A stretch of DNA of 64,000 bases from Tubulanus polymorphus. Taxonomy: Eukaryota > Animalia > Nemertea. The position numbers and the translations under genes are program-made. Location: the NCBI RefSeq assembly GCF_964204645.1, contig NC_134028.1, positions 868,001 to 932,000 of the forward strand. The letters are read 5' to 3'. The notes under the pieces are model-generated. The model was not told the DNA's origin. It ran no database searches and saw only the letters and a list, made by a program, of their open reading frames with translations. Position 1 is the stretch's first letter; every line of letters begins with the position of its first letter. Shown here piece by piece: positions 48,001 through 60,095 of the stretch.

Positions 48001-49319
48001 TGTCATTGGTTTTTATTGGGACTAATATGAAAGTTATCACGAGATGTTTTGAGGTTTTTTGTATCGGTTTTCTTGAATATGAGAAGACATAAGAAGGAGA
48101 CATAAGATATTGAATGTAATTTGTGAATGAGTTCGCTGTATTTTTTTGCCCTATTTCGATTTCTTACGGAACAGAATACATTTTCGAGAATCATTTTAAA
48201 CTGTTTATTGATTTGAATACAGAAATGAATCGAAATCATTGAATTTCTGGTAGTTTTTTGGATCGAATTGTAACGATTACTACAGTGGAACTGAATCTGG
48301 TTGTGAATAGAATTAGAAAACGTTAATTTTCAAATATTTGATTCGAAAGTCCAATGCATTTTAGCTTCTTTATATTGTATATAACAGTCATTTCACGTGT
48401 AACGATGTATTTTAAAAACCAAAGGCCACCAGTTGCACGGACGTGACATAAATCCAAAAATGATCTTAAATCTTAAGACTGGTTTTAAATGTAAGCAATG
48501 ACAGTGACAGTGACCCCGGTACTGCGCGGTATAGCGTCATACAAACATTGTCTGTAATCAGCGCTGATGTTGTTATTAGTATAATATCTCAACTGACTTC
48601 GTTGTGTGTATTTTAAAAATCCCCTGTTGATGTTCATTGTTCCTTAACGGTTATTATATCTATATATTACTGTACTGATATAACACCAGTACAGTCTGTC
48701 TAATCAAAATGATAATCAGTCACTGGACCCGTTTCTGTTGTTTCTGTCAGTTAAATTTGACCAAACAATTTTTAAAAAATAGATAATTCCTAAAATGATC
48801 AGAAAATTGAAATTCTAATTTAGAAAAAAACTCTCATATAAAATCTACCGCACCTGGATTGAAATATCCAATTTCTAAACCGGTCCAAAACCCAGATCAC
48901 GATTTCATTCGAAAATTTAAAATTTGAGAAACGACTTTTGGACAGAGTCCTCATACATCAGACAATTGATATAGATAATCTGTCGGTGATATCAGTTTAT
49001 CTTTAGGGATGATATAAAAACATGGATTTTTTATGTGAGTGAGTACAGCGCTAGCTGTGTATTTCTTTCATGTTTACCGGGCATTCGATCTGAAATATCA
49101 AATATAAACATTCTAAGAATTGTTGCTCAATAAAATCGATCGTTCAACGAAAGTCGAAGTCGCCGATAAAGAATTTATTAATTGCATCTTGCCGTTTATA
49201 GATTATGAATTATCAATTTATTACCAGGAGGAGTTTGTGGCGAGTGAATGTCTTACCCGCTACGGGCATCAGCGTAAACCCATATACATATAGATTATTG
49301 ATAAATCGGCCGCGTTTGT

Positions 49320-49508
49320 GGAAAGGAGGGGAGGGGGAGTGAGGGAGAGAGGAGAGAGGAGAGAGAGAAGAGTGTGGGAAGATAGAGAGAGCGCGAAGAA
49401 AGAGTAGAGAAGCAGAGAAAGAAAGAGAGTTGAGAAAGAGTGCTGGAGAGAGAAAGAGAGAGAGCAGTGAGGCAAAGATAGTCGAGAAAGGGGCTGGAAA
49501 GAGAGAGA
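49320..49508 (+). repeat. GA-rich polypurine tract upstream of noggin
   Basis: GAGA/GGAG low-complexity run. Confidence 0.9.
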
Positions 49509-49844
49509 TATTTACTAGTTGTGTCCAGTCGTTTATTGGTGTTTACATGATCAATCATCACTATTAAACGTGACAATTTTCTCTTCTATATCAACACAAA
49601 CAGTCACCGCGGCGTCGTGCTGGGGGGGGGAGGGGGTCTGTGGGGGTTGTCACTCGATCTGTAAATATTACAACTATTTTACAACTTATGACATAAACAT
49701 CAAACATTATTACTCAACTGTTCACTTGAAATCATCTTCACACTGATTTATTTCACTGAAACTGCTCACAATTCATCCTTTTATTGTTTGTTTATTTTGA
49801 ATGAATTTACGGAGAATTTCTCTAAGTGAGATAAGTTTCGTGGA

Positions 49845-49940
49845 GGGATGCGGGATTCAGGGGTGGTTGAGATTCAGGGATGCGGGATTCAGGGATGGTT
49901 GGGATTCAGGGATGCGGGATTCAGGGGCGGTTGGGATTCT
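49845..49940 (+). repeat. Short GGGATTCAGGGAT minisatellite
   Basis: About 6 imperfect copies. Confidence 0.8.
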
Positions 49941-50003
49941 TCAGCCTGTGTGCGACCATGGACTCTAGAAACGATTCGTTTTAGTTCCCTTGCACAGCGC
50001 GAA

Positions 50004-50807
50004 ATGACCAAAGTAAAACAATTTCGTTCAGTAAAAAGAATCGTGTCATTTTCTATATTTTCTCTTTATTTTCAGACTCATCAAGGCATTTTAGCACTAA
50101 CATGTTTGTTAGTTAATGCGTTCTGTTCAGTCACTGACGCGGTTCCTGTTGTAGAAGGAGTTCGATTAGATCGACATTTAGCTACGATGAAACTCGCGAG
50201 AAAACCTGGTTACCGGATGCGACCTTCACCTTCAGATATTCTGCCCCCTCTGGAACTGATCGAGTACCCGGATAAACGATACGACCCGAGTATGAACGAC
50301 CGTAATCCCAGGCGACTACGTAAAATCATCGGTGGACACTATAACGCGGCATTCATGTCCGTGGACCGTCCCGCGGTTCTGAAATCCAATAGTTCGTCGG
50401 TTTACGGGAAAATAACCAAACTGATCAAATATGGCGACGTTTACGTTCCGAAAGAGATAAAGAAATTCGGTCGGATGCCGCTCCCTGGCGGGCATACTCT
50501 GAGACTGCGCACTAGTAGACGAGTTCGTAAAAAGCTAACCCGGTATTTACTAGCCTATACTTACTGCCCGGTGAAATATGAATGGAAAGATTTAGGAATT
50601 CGATTCTGGCCTCGGTGGATACGGACTGGTAGTTGTTATAACGGTCGGTCCTGCTCGATACCGGCCGGTATGAGTTGTAAAGTGAAAGATTCGACCAAAT
50701 TGACGATTCTGCGTTGGTTATGTCGCAAGTGGGAGAACACAACGTGGTCGTGTATATGGATTCAGATTCAGTACCCGATAGTTACATCGTGTTCTTGCGC
50801 CTGCTGA
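50004..50807 (+). CDS. NOG: Noggin (secreted cystine-knot BMP antagonist)
   Basis: Signal-like LALTCLLVNAFCSVTDA; clip region RPSPSDILPPLELIEYPD..YDP; C-terminal CPVKYEWKDLGIRFWPRWIRTGSC..SCSIPAGMSC..LRWLC..C.WIQIQYPIVTSCSCAC with 9 Cys. The start codon is uncertain; 50004 is preferred to 49848. Confidence 0.95.
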   Translation: MTKVKQFRSVKRIVSFSIFSLYFQTHQGILALTCLLVNAFCSVTDAVPVVEGVRLDRHLATMKLARKPGYRMRPSPSDILPPLELIEYPDKRYDPSMNDRNPRRLRKIIGGHYNAAFMSVDRPAVLKSNSSSVYGKITKLIKYGDVYVPKEIKKFGRMPLPGGHTLRLRTSRRVRKKLTRYLLAYTYCPVKYEWKDLGIRFWPRWIRTGSCYNGRSCSIPAGMSCKVKDSTKLTILRWLCRKWENTTWSCIWIQIQYPIVTSCSCAC

Positions 50808-52290
50808 TTCACGCGCACAGAAGCGACTGTATAACAAAATTCTGAAAAAAAAAACAAAAAACCTTATTTCCATCTATAGAAATATAGAAAGTGGATATTT
50901 GATATTTCTGGTGGTTCGTTATTCTACCTATTTTACGAATCTTCTATCTCTATTCTGTATTATCGATATTGAAGTATATTCAAACACGGGCGTTATTCAT
51001 ATATTCAAACATCGAGTCGTTGTATATTTTCTGCAATCGCGAATAAAAGAAAGAGAAAGAGTTCTGATTTTAACAGCTATCACGAGTAAACGTGAATCGT
51101 GCCCGGTTTCGCACGTTTTCTGTTTTTATCTTTGGGAATTCGATGACACAAGGCAATTAAACAAGTGAGTGAGTTTTATGCGGGGGGACGCCGCCGAACA
51201 CTTCACGACATCGCGCCGTATATTTATTGTAGAAATAACTGCGATATATTAAAGTTGTGTGATTAGACACTGCGGAGCCGTTTAACCAGTTCGTATCCAT
51301 ACTCGAGTTTGATTTATGCTCGAACATGACGACTGACAGTGTAACAGTAGGGTGTTATATTCATCTAGTAATCATTAAACAGTCGACTGAGATTGAGATT
51401 GTCGCGCTTAATCCTCACATTCTCCAGAAATGCACGTCTGCGCGCCGGCGAGAATAGAAAATTCGGACGTCGAAATTTTGAGAAATTTACGCCGAAAGTT
51501 TTGCGCATAAATTCGTCGAACTCGTGACGTCACTTCCGGTTCGATCGAACTCATTGATTGCGGTCACGATTTTGGAAATGAGTGAATCGCGTTAACCGTC
51601 GGATTCCGATGACAGATGATTTGACATTTGGCGAAATAAATCTCAGAATTTCGTCAGTAATTAGAAAACTTTATAAACTCTATTTACATTTTCTGATAGA
51701 TAGAAAACTCTACGATTTTGACAACCGATATTTCCCGAAATCATGTAAATATAAACGAACTCTGGAGTGGGCCGGCTGTGCAGTCATGATTTTGATCGAT
51801 GCCCTTCTTGTTCTAACAATTTAAGACCAGTTTTATTATGATTAAGGGCCACGTTTGACCTCAAATTGACGACTGTGCAACTCGTCCGACTCCGGGATAC
51901 CCAACTTCGTGTCTGGAAATATCGGAGCCAATAAATTATTGTGAAAAATTTTATTAATTAAATTCTACCTCTTAAAGTTTAAAATGCATTTCGATTTATC
52001 GTGATTATCATCGATATTATCATTAGTGATAATAAAATTTGTAAATAATTGTAAATATTGTAAATAAATGTATTTATTTCGATGAATAAATTCTATGTAA
52101 CTCAACTATAAACAGTAAAACACATGACAATCACGTGGTCATTTTCTAACTGCCCGCGTGACGCCGGAATATTTCTGTATTCAAAAAGGTTTTTCCAACA
52201 AAAATACTTCTGGGCAAAACTAGAACAAAAGAAAAATTGACCTAGTAGGTATATAGCATTAGCCCTTGCCTGTTAAGCCCATAACCCTAA

Positions 52291-52360
52291 CCCTAGCGGG
52301 ACTTGAACCTGAGACCTCTAGCGTGTGAGCGGAGCACGCTAACCACTAGACCATTGAACT
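52291..52360 (-). pseudogene. tRNA-derived (Val-CAC-like) pseudogene or SINE head
   Basis: A box TGGTCTAGTGG, CTCACAC loop and B box GGTTCAAGTCC. The stems pair poorly. Confidence 0.6.
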
Positions 52361-53009
52361 GGTGGTGACTGGAAAAGCAGTCAGGTTAGCTGGCTCGTGA
52401 CCAGTCAGGTGTGGTGACTACTTGTCAAATGTTCTCTATTTCCACCAACAATCTTTTGTATCAATTTTCTTCACTTGAAAAGGTTTTTCTCCGTCAAAAG
52501 TTGCATTTGATATCATAGCGTTTGAATCAACTGCAGCGAGAGAGCGTGGGACTCAATTTAAGATTGAACCCGCAGTCTAATAATGATCATTAAAACCCAA
52601 TCATTTCACGTCCCATAATTAGCAGAGTTAAACGCGTTATTTGACTTATAAATAGAATGCAGTATCTAACCGAGCGCTTGAGAACCCGAGCGCTGGTCCT
52701 GCCGCGCAAATTAGATACAGGCTCCACCGTGATGTCATCCTACTTGCATCCTACTGCGCCCGCTGGTAACCACCACCAGTCTCCATTATTCACTGTTCAA
52801 ACAACCGAATGATTCAATAATCATTTAATCACATATCACATTATTGTTCCGCAATAGGTAAACAAAGTCACCAGCAGTGAACGTTATAACGTTTAAACAT
52901 CTGTTATATTTAACTAAATGAACTTCGCTTTCATTAAGGAGATAAAAGTACGAACATGTAGAGATAGTATAGAAACATGCGTGTTCTTGATGCGTGTGCC
53001 ATGAAAGTA

Positions 53010-53120
53010 GGGCCAAGTTGCAAGGTCCAATAGTGGTCTTCAATCTTGAGACTGGTTTTACATTATTAGATCGAACTACGGTCGTCTTAAATCCAAGCAA
53101 TGGCTGAGCAACTGGTCCCA
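53010..53120. mobile_element. MITE copy
   Basis: GGGCCAAGTTGC / GCAACTGGTCCC with internal GAGACTGGTTTT. Confidence 0.6.
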
Positions 53121-55439
53121 GGACTTCGGACCTATATGTCTTGACTGGGCCCAGGTTCCGCCTACCAGAAATAGGTTTTATCAATTCAACGATGAGCTTG
53201 AGTCAATACTAAACTCAGATCTGCCGCACTGCATGGAGAGAGAGAGGAGCCTTTTATAATAGGGAATCTCATGTGGAAAACAAGTTCTAGTGGAGATGAT
53301 ATGTTCTGTCGGAACTGTTATAGCTGGGGGGGGGGTTGAGAGGGTGCGACTCAGTAACTGACAGGATAAGGGATTGAACGCGTTGGACACGGACATACGT
53401 GCGTCATATCGTAAGCGAACCACTTGTACTCGATGGTAAATCGTTTGATTTGTCCTCAACAATAGATGGCGTCCTAGTTAACAGTGTCTTACAACTGTTT
53501 CTGTAAAAAAACTAAACTCAAAATCCGTCTCTATTTTTACTTAAACAATAAATATTTATTTTCCATTTACATACAATAATAGAGTGTATACACGACTAGA
53601 TGAAACTCCAAAGAAAATATTTCAAATCATTTTTTAAATCATAACGCATTGTTCTGATGATGGTTCGTAATCTGCCAAATATTTCAAGCCAAAAATCTAG
53701 CGGAATAATTTTCAAATCGACAAATTTCAAGGGAAAATCATTGATTCCATTATATATTTGAAGCGGAAAATCTGCACATACAACAATGGGTAAAACAAGT
53801 AGAACAGCGTCATAATGCTGATTTTATCTCTTTTCTATCTCTAAGGACTCAAACTTCGACCCGTAACTGATCAAGTGATGTGGGTTCGAATCCCTAAACT
53901 GTGACAACGCTTTTTCTAGATTAATCTGATAAATTTAACATAAACACCTACAACATCAATATCGATAACACGTGTTTAAACGAATGAACTCTTTCAATGA
54001 TTATTAAAACATGCATTTTATACTTCATATCTTACACACTATGTATATTCATAATATATATATATATGTATTAATATTTATAGTACATTATTCATTATTA
54101 CCTCATTATTATTATTATTATTATTATTATTGTTATTATTGATATCAATGGTTTTTATTATTTGTAAAAAAGTTACCAAATCTTTCTAATCTATGCACGT
54201 ATGTACCGATATAAAAATCCATGAATCGCCACTATGACTAATGTTATATTATATCTAGAATTGGTATTCATCTGTATCGAGGTTTTTCAATTAGAATTAA
54301 CTTATGTTTCCATATAACATTTCATATTATGTCTAAACTTTGTTGTTGGAGTTGTGTAGTACATAATGAAGCAACGATAGATTTTGCCAGATTGTCACTA
54401 ACAAATCAAAATCAAAGAATTGTTAGTTACAAGCGATGTTTACTCTCGAAAGTCTCTCTTTTTGATGTAATCTCCTTTTGGGTTGCTGCTTCCTGGATTG
54501 TGGTTCGTAGCTTGATGGTTTGTTGAAGATGTGATTTGTAGCTAGATGCATAGTTGGTGTTCTAAAATCAGTAGTTCATTCTCAATCCTAGATTTATGGC
54601 GTATTGAATATTGTTAGACTATGGTGCATTTACTTCTTTCAGCCCAAGGGTTATCCTTTTTGTCTTTTGGCGGAGTCACCAGACCGTCCTTGGCCAGGTT
54701 TCCTTGTACGAATTGGATCATGCTGAAAATAGAACAAAATATCATTTTTATAGATTATTGCTATTGACATCGATAAAGCGTGGAAAGCGTTTTTTGTTTT
54801 CACGTCGTTTTTTTCCCCGATGACAAAAATTACGCAATATTAATTTCTATTCACAGCCGATGAAATATTGGCACCGACATCAAACAATCAGCAACCCCAG
54901 CGCGGTTTTAGAATAAATTCATTAAGACATCTTCTTCGGGCAATGCTCCAAATATTTATGTAAACTTTAAGGACCTCCACAAGAACGAACAAGAACAAGT
55001 AACGTAACCGATAGACAATATCTCAAACTCGCTCGCTCTGATGAAATGGGATGAGGTGAAACGCGAGAAACGAAGAGTTTCTTTTTATTGGTTATGACAA
55101 TATTACACATGATGGACGTCGAAGCAAACAAATTATGCCTTTGTAGATTTTCGAAGGATTATTATGAATTCTAGTACTGGAACATCGCAATCAAAATTCT
55201 AATATAGTTTATTCCTGTCATCTACAAACAGTGATGGGTTTATTGAGAACACGACGTAAAGACGTAATTTAACAAGTCGACCGTGGATCAAGTTGCAATG
55301 ATGAATATGAACTCTGAAGCCGCCACACGACAAACTCGTTTATCGCTGATAAATATGTTACAATCTGTAATACGGTCGTCAACAACTCGTTATGGTTACG
55401 CGTAACTAGTTACATGTACAGTATCCCGTACACAACCGT

Positions 55440-56282
55440 CTCCACACTCCCTTCCACTCTCTCCCCCATCACTCCTTTCCCCTCTCTCCCCCATCACTCC
55501 TTTCCCCTCTCTCCCCCATCTCTCTCACTCCGTTCCCCTCTCTCCCCATCTCTCTCACTACCTCCCCCTCTCTCCCCATCTCTCTCACTCCCTCCCCCTC
55601 TCTCCTCATCACTCCCTTCCCCTCTCTCCCCCATCTCTCCTTTCCCCTCTCTCCCCCATCTCTCTCACTCCGTTCCCCTCTCTCCCCATCTCTCTCACTA
55701 CCTCCCCCTCTCTCCTCATCTCTCTCACTCCGTTCCCCTCTCTCCCCATCTCTCTCACTACCTCCCCCTCTCTCCTCATCTCTCTCACTCCCTTCCCCTC
55801 TCTCCCCCATCACTCCTTTCCCCTCTCTCCCCATCTCTCCTTTCCACTCTCTCCCCATCTCTCTCACTCCGTTCCCCTCTCTCCCCATCTCTCTCACTAC
55901 CTCCCCCTCTCTCCTCATCTCTCTCACTCCCTTCCCCTCTCTCCCCCATCACTCCTTTCCCCTCTCTCCCCATCTCTCCTTTCCCCTCTCTCCCCCATCT
56001 CTCTCACTCCGTTCCCCTCTCTCCTCATCTCTCTCACTCCGTTCCCCTCTCTCCCCATCTCTCTCACTACCTCCCCCTCTCTCCTCATCTCTCTCACTCC
56101 GTTCCCCTCTCTCCCCATCTCTCTCACTACCTCCCCCTCTCTCCTCATCAGTCCCTTACACTCTCTCCCCATCTCTCCCACTCCCTTCCCCTCTCTCCCC
56201 CATCTCTCCTTTCCCCTCTCTCCCCCATCTCTCCTTTCCACTCTCTCCCCCATCACTCCCTCCCTATTTCTCTCTCCATCTC
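55440..56282 (+). repeat. 840-bp polypyrimidine (CT-rich) minisatellite
   Basis: CCCCTCTCTCCCCATCTCTCTCACT-type units of ~30 bp. Confidence 0.95.
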
Positions 56283-59024
56283 TGAGATGAAAATATTATT
56301 CCCCAATCGTGCATCCATTCTACTAGGAACCCGCTCCGTGTGTGTGTTCCACGTCAGCAATTATTGCGAAGCTGATAACGGTTGAAACGACTGCCTTTTT
56401 GACAACGACTAACACGAACATTCTCAAAGAACAGTAAAGCAACTCGGAAACTAATTAATCTGCACAAGGTTGGCTGACTCTGCGTGCGAACAGTAATTAA
56501 AAATAGCAGGGCAGACGCAATGCAATTACCAGTGTATGTAGTTACACGGAATTCGGCGATAGCAAAATTAATGCAGTGAAAAAATGTCCAGACCGAAGGG
56601 AGAGAGGGAGAGAGGGAGAGAGGGTGAGAGGGGGTAGATAATCTGATTAGTACATACTCGGTACTAAACACGTAAACAATTCATGAAACACCCATCACCA
56701 ATTTATAGTTCCACGTGTAGTCAGGTAGGTGATGGTGATTATGTTGATAGTACTGAAGTCCAAGGTGTGACTTGACCTCTGTCAAACAAACGTATCAATT
56801 GTATTTTTGGCAAAAGCTGAATTTTTGACAAAATGAGAATTCTACATGCACTGTTAATCCTCGCTTGCCAAAGGCTTGCTTAGTTGCCTTCCACTGATGC
56901 GAATAGCAAACTTATTGAATAGTTTCAGTTTTTTAGTTCCTCGAATATCTCTCCGGCTCTGATTGGTCGGTAGGTAGTGGTATCGCGCCTCACCGGACCC
57001 GCTTAGCGATTACTGGCTAGTTTTTCCCGATCTGGTCACGTGTGATCTCGATTAACAGACGGCAGACATAACGGGATGATGTGCGGATGTTTTTTGGCCA
57101 AGTCATTCACATCCCTGAGGGAAACAGAGTCAAACAGAGTCAAACAGATACGCGCTGACAGTCTATAGAAACCAGAGGAAATTATCACAACATCCGACGC
57201 GCGATATGGAAGCCACAAATACCGAATGAAAATGTCATTTGCTCACTGCTATTTTTCTAGGTCTGTTTCGTACAATTGCGTCGTCGTCAAAGACATATTA
57301 TATGATACCTTATAATATGCAAAAGTCTATTGACGCAACAGACAGACGCATTTTTACTGGAGAGATGTAAAAACCGAAAGACATTTTCTATCTCGTGATG
57401 ACAGTTTATTAGATTCTATCCGAAATTCTAATACGTTTTATGCGTTCTTTTCTCGGAACACTTAAACGCGCAATTTTATACGTTTTCACCGCCATTAAGA
57501 ACAAAAATCTTCGAATGACTGAATCTCAGACGGTATTGACAATAACAACGCGTTTTACAGTTTCAAATTGTCGAATATAAACGTTATTTATGATAGCTGC
57601 GTTTAGCAATTAAAGTTTCGTCAGACGTCTCTCGTTATTCGCGATCGTCGAGAATTATGGAAATCAGTAGGACATACGCGATCGATTATAGAGTGGCGAT
57701 CGACGACACTGACTGAGAGGGGACCGATCGTGTGCGCCGTGTGCTGTAACCGTCATGGATCATTAGGGAAATCTCTAAAATTATCCGATGCAGCCGTAGT
57801 TCAGTTTATCCGTCAATCCGACAGTCATCATTCTGTCTGTATTCATTACGGTAAATACATTCGATCATCGACCGGATTTAACAACAGACAGTCAACAGTT
57901 CAACCTCTGTCTATCAGAGAGTTTGTCTCTTTCCCTTTTCCTCCATCTCCTCTCCCTCTCTCCTCTCGACCCTCTCCTTGTCTCTCTCTACTCTCCCCTC
58001 TCGCAATCTTTCGTCCGCACCCCGCACCCTGTCTCTCTCTCCATCTCCATCCCCCTCTCCCCCTGGCTTTCATCACAGCGATGGAAATTCTCTATAATGA
58101 ATTCTTGACGCGAATTGTTTCTATATGACTGACCACCTTTGAAATTATAAGACGGTCGGTATTCCTGAGTAAGGTCTACGGAGCGTGTTACCTAAGTGTG
58201 TTGAGTTCAGTTGACATATCAGTTGTGACGTGGCAATTTCGCGCGGTGAAATGGCGACATTCCTTGCGAACCTATCTGTCAGTTTGATTACTTACTGTGA
58301 TGTGTCTTTACGTGTAATTGTGTGTATTTTTTATTTCGTACGGTTGGTTTTTTTTTACACACCGACGCCAAAACGAGCGCGCACTCGACAACGCCACGTT
58401 GTATTATACCTATGGCTAAAAGACACACTTTGCTCTTTTAAAAGGTTAGAATTACTGGTGGCAACGTTGGGTTTGACATTTGACAGCATCGAGGAGGGAA
58501 GTGAAGAAACAATGATGAAACCGACGCGAAGGCATCTGATATATTGTGATCTTAGCGCGGAATTCATCTCGGAAGTGAAGTAATCGAGTCAATCAGACAC
58601 CATATTGCCACGTCATAGCGCTTTGGGCAGTGAGCTGAATATTGATTGCAGTGTCCGCACCGTGTCGTCTCTAATTCATTGTTTGTTTTCAGCTCAATAG
58701 AAAGGGCTTTAATAATTGTGAACCCGTCGATCATGTGTTGAAATCAATGCTATATTCATTCGATGCTATGCTTTGATATCTCATCAGTGAGTTATAATTG
58801 ACGAACCTATTGATATTGATCCACGCTCTTCTTCCTTATCAATTCCAATAATTCGAAGCAGCCTTGGATCGAAGGCTATCGAATTCTCAGTAGATGTCAA
58901 CGTGTACCAGAATATCCAGTATTTCAGCAGATGATGTCAAGGCCAAGTTTAAACTAACCGCGATATGTTATCGGTATAAGTGATTGAATGCGTGAATAAA
59001 TGACCTATAGTTGCTTTTTGTTTT

Positions 59025-59106
59025 AGCCCGCCCGAACCGTTTCAGCCAGAACCGGTTCAGCCCGAACCGTTTCAGCCCGAACCGGTTCAGCCCGAACCGG
59101 TTCAGC
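59025..59106 (+). repeat. 15-bp minisatellite
   Basis: CAGCCCGAACCG(G/T)TT, about 5 copies. Confidence 0.85.
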
Positions 59107-60039
59107 GCTCATAACGTGCAATGTACGTATCTTACAACGAAGGTCTATTCGATTTTAACGATTTAAATTCAAGAAATTACAGAGCCGATATAAAATCGAT
59201 GGTTCGGCGCGTGTTCTAGGTTTTGGTGTCATGTTCAGACCTAAATGAGGCAGTTACCCCAAAAATTCATCAGTTTATTAAGACACATGCAATAGCACCT
59301 TCCAACTAGGAACATAGAGTTACAAAATACGTTAGACATGAAGTTGATTCTGTGATGTATAAGGGTCCTATCACGTGTATAACTCATGATTAACACTGAT
59401 TCAACAAAACGATTTTCTGTCAAATGAAACGTAAACTACAAGTGTCTTTGTCTGCGCCCTTGTTGTAGTAAACAAGCGAGATTTCTCTCTCTCTCTAGTG
59501 ACGCGTCCTGACTAAATGAACCCTCGATCTAAAAGCTTTTTTCACGCCAGTACCTGATTTACGCATACAATGCTGCTGAGTGATAAAGAGGACTCGTTCT
59601 CGTAGTTTGAAGGACCCATCGTTTTATATTCGCATAAATACATCGATTCATGAATATTCATTGGCTAGTGTTGGTACTGGCACTTCAGATTATATGAGCA
59701 CGTTCAATATAAGGTAGTAATGAGACAAGGAAGGCCTCCGAGCTTAATTCTTTCAATATCGAATTCCAAAATACAAATTTGCCAAAAATATCAGATTGCT
59801 GAAATTTTAGTCTTCGCATAGCGATGGCAAATGGAGCATTATACATGATGCAGGTCTATAGAACAAATTCAGCATAACTTTGAATATAACTGATTTTTTA
59901 TTTGAGTAAATGCAAGTTCCTCTGTTTGGTGGTCGAGATGTCCAATTGTGGGTGGTGTCCCCCCCCCCCCCGGAAATTGGCTACGATATCATGATATTCC
60001 GGGATTTTCAAAAAGAGAGCATCGGAGTACCCTGATTTC

Positions 60040-60095
60040 ACGGTATGGAAGTTGCCCGCGATACCATCCGGTTCGAATCCCAGCCGAGGTAGGAT
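60040..60095 (+). mobile_element. tRNA-related SINE fragment (B box); similar fragments near 45082 and 53883
   Basis: GGTTCGAATCCC; GGTTCGAGTCCC at ~45082; GGGTTCGAATCCC at ~53882. Confidence 0.4.

Noticed and set aside
49848-50003. N-terminal extension of the noggin ORF
   Set aside because: It is encoded by a GGGATTCAGGGAT repeat and would bury the signal peptide.
52291-52360. Functional tRNA-Val gene
   Set aside because: The acceptor and anticodon stems do not pair properly and there is no oligo-T terminator, so it is treated as a pseudogene or SINE.
55414-56385. 323-aa Pro/Ser/Leu ORF and antisense Gly/Glu/Arg ORFs
   Set aside because: Artefacts of the CT-rich low-complexity repeat.
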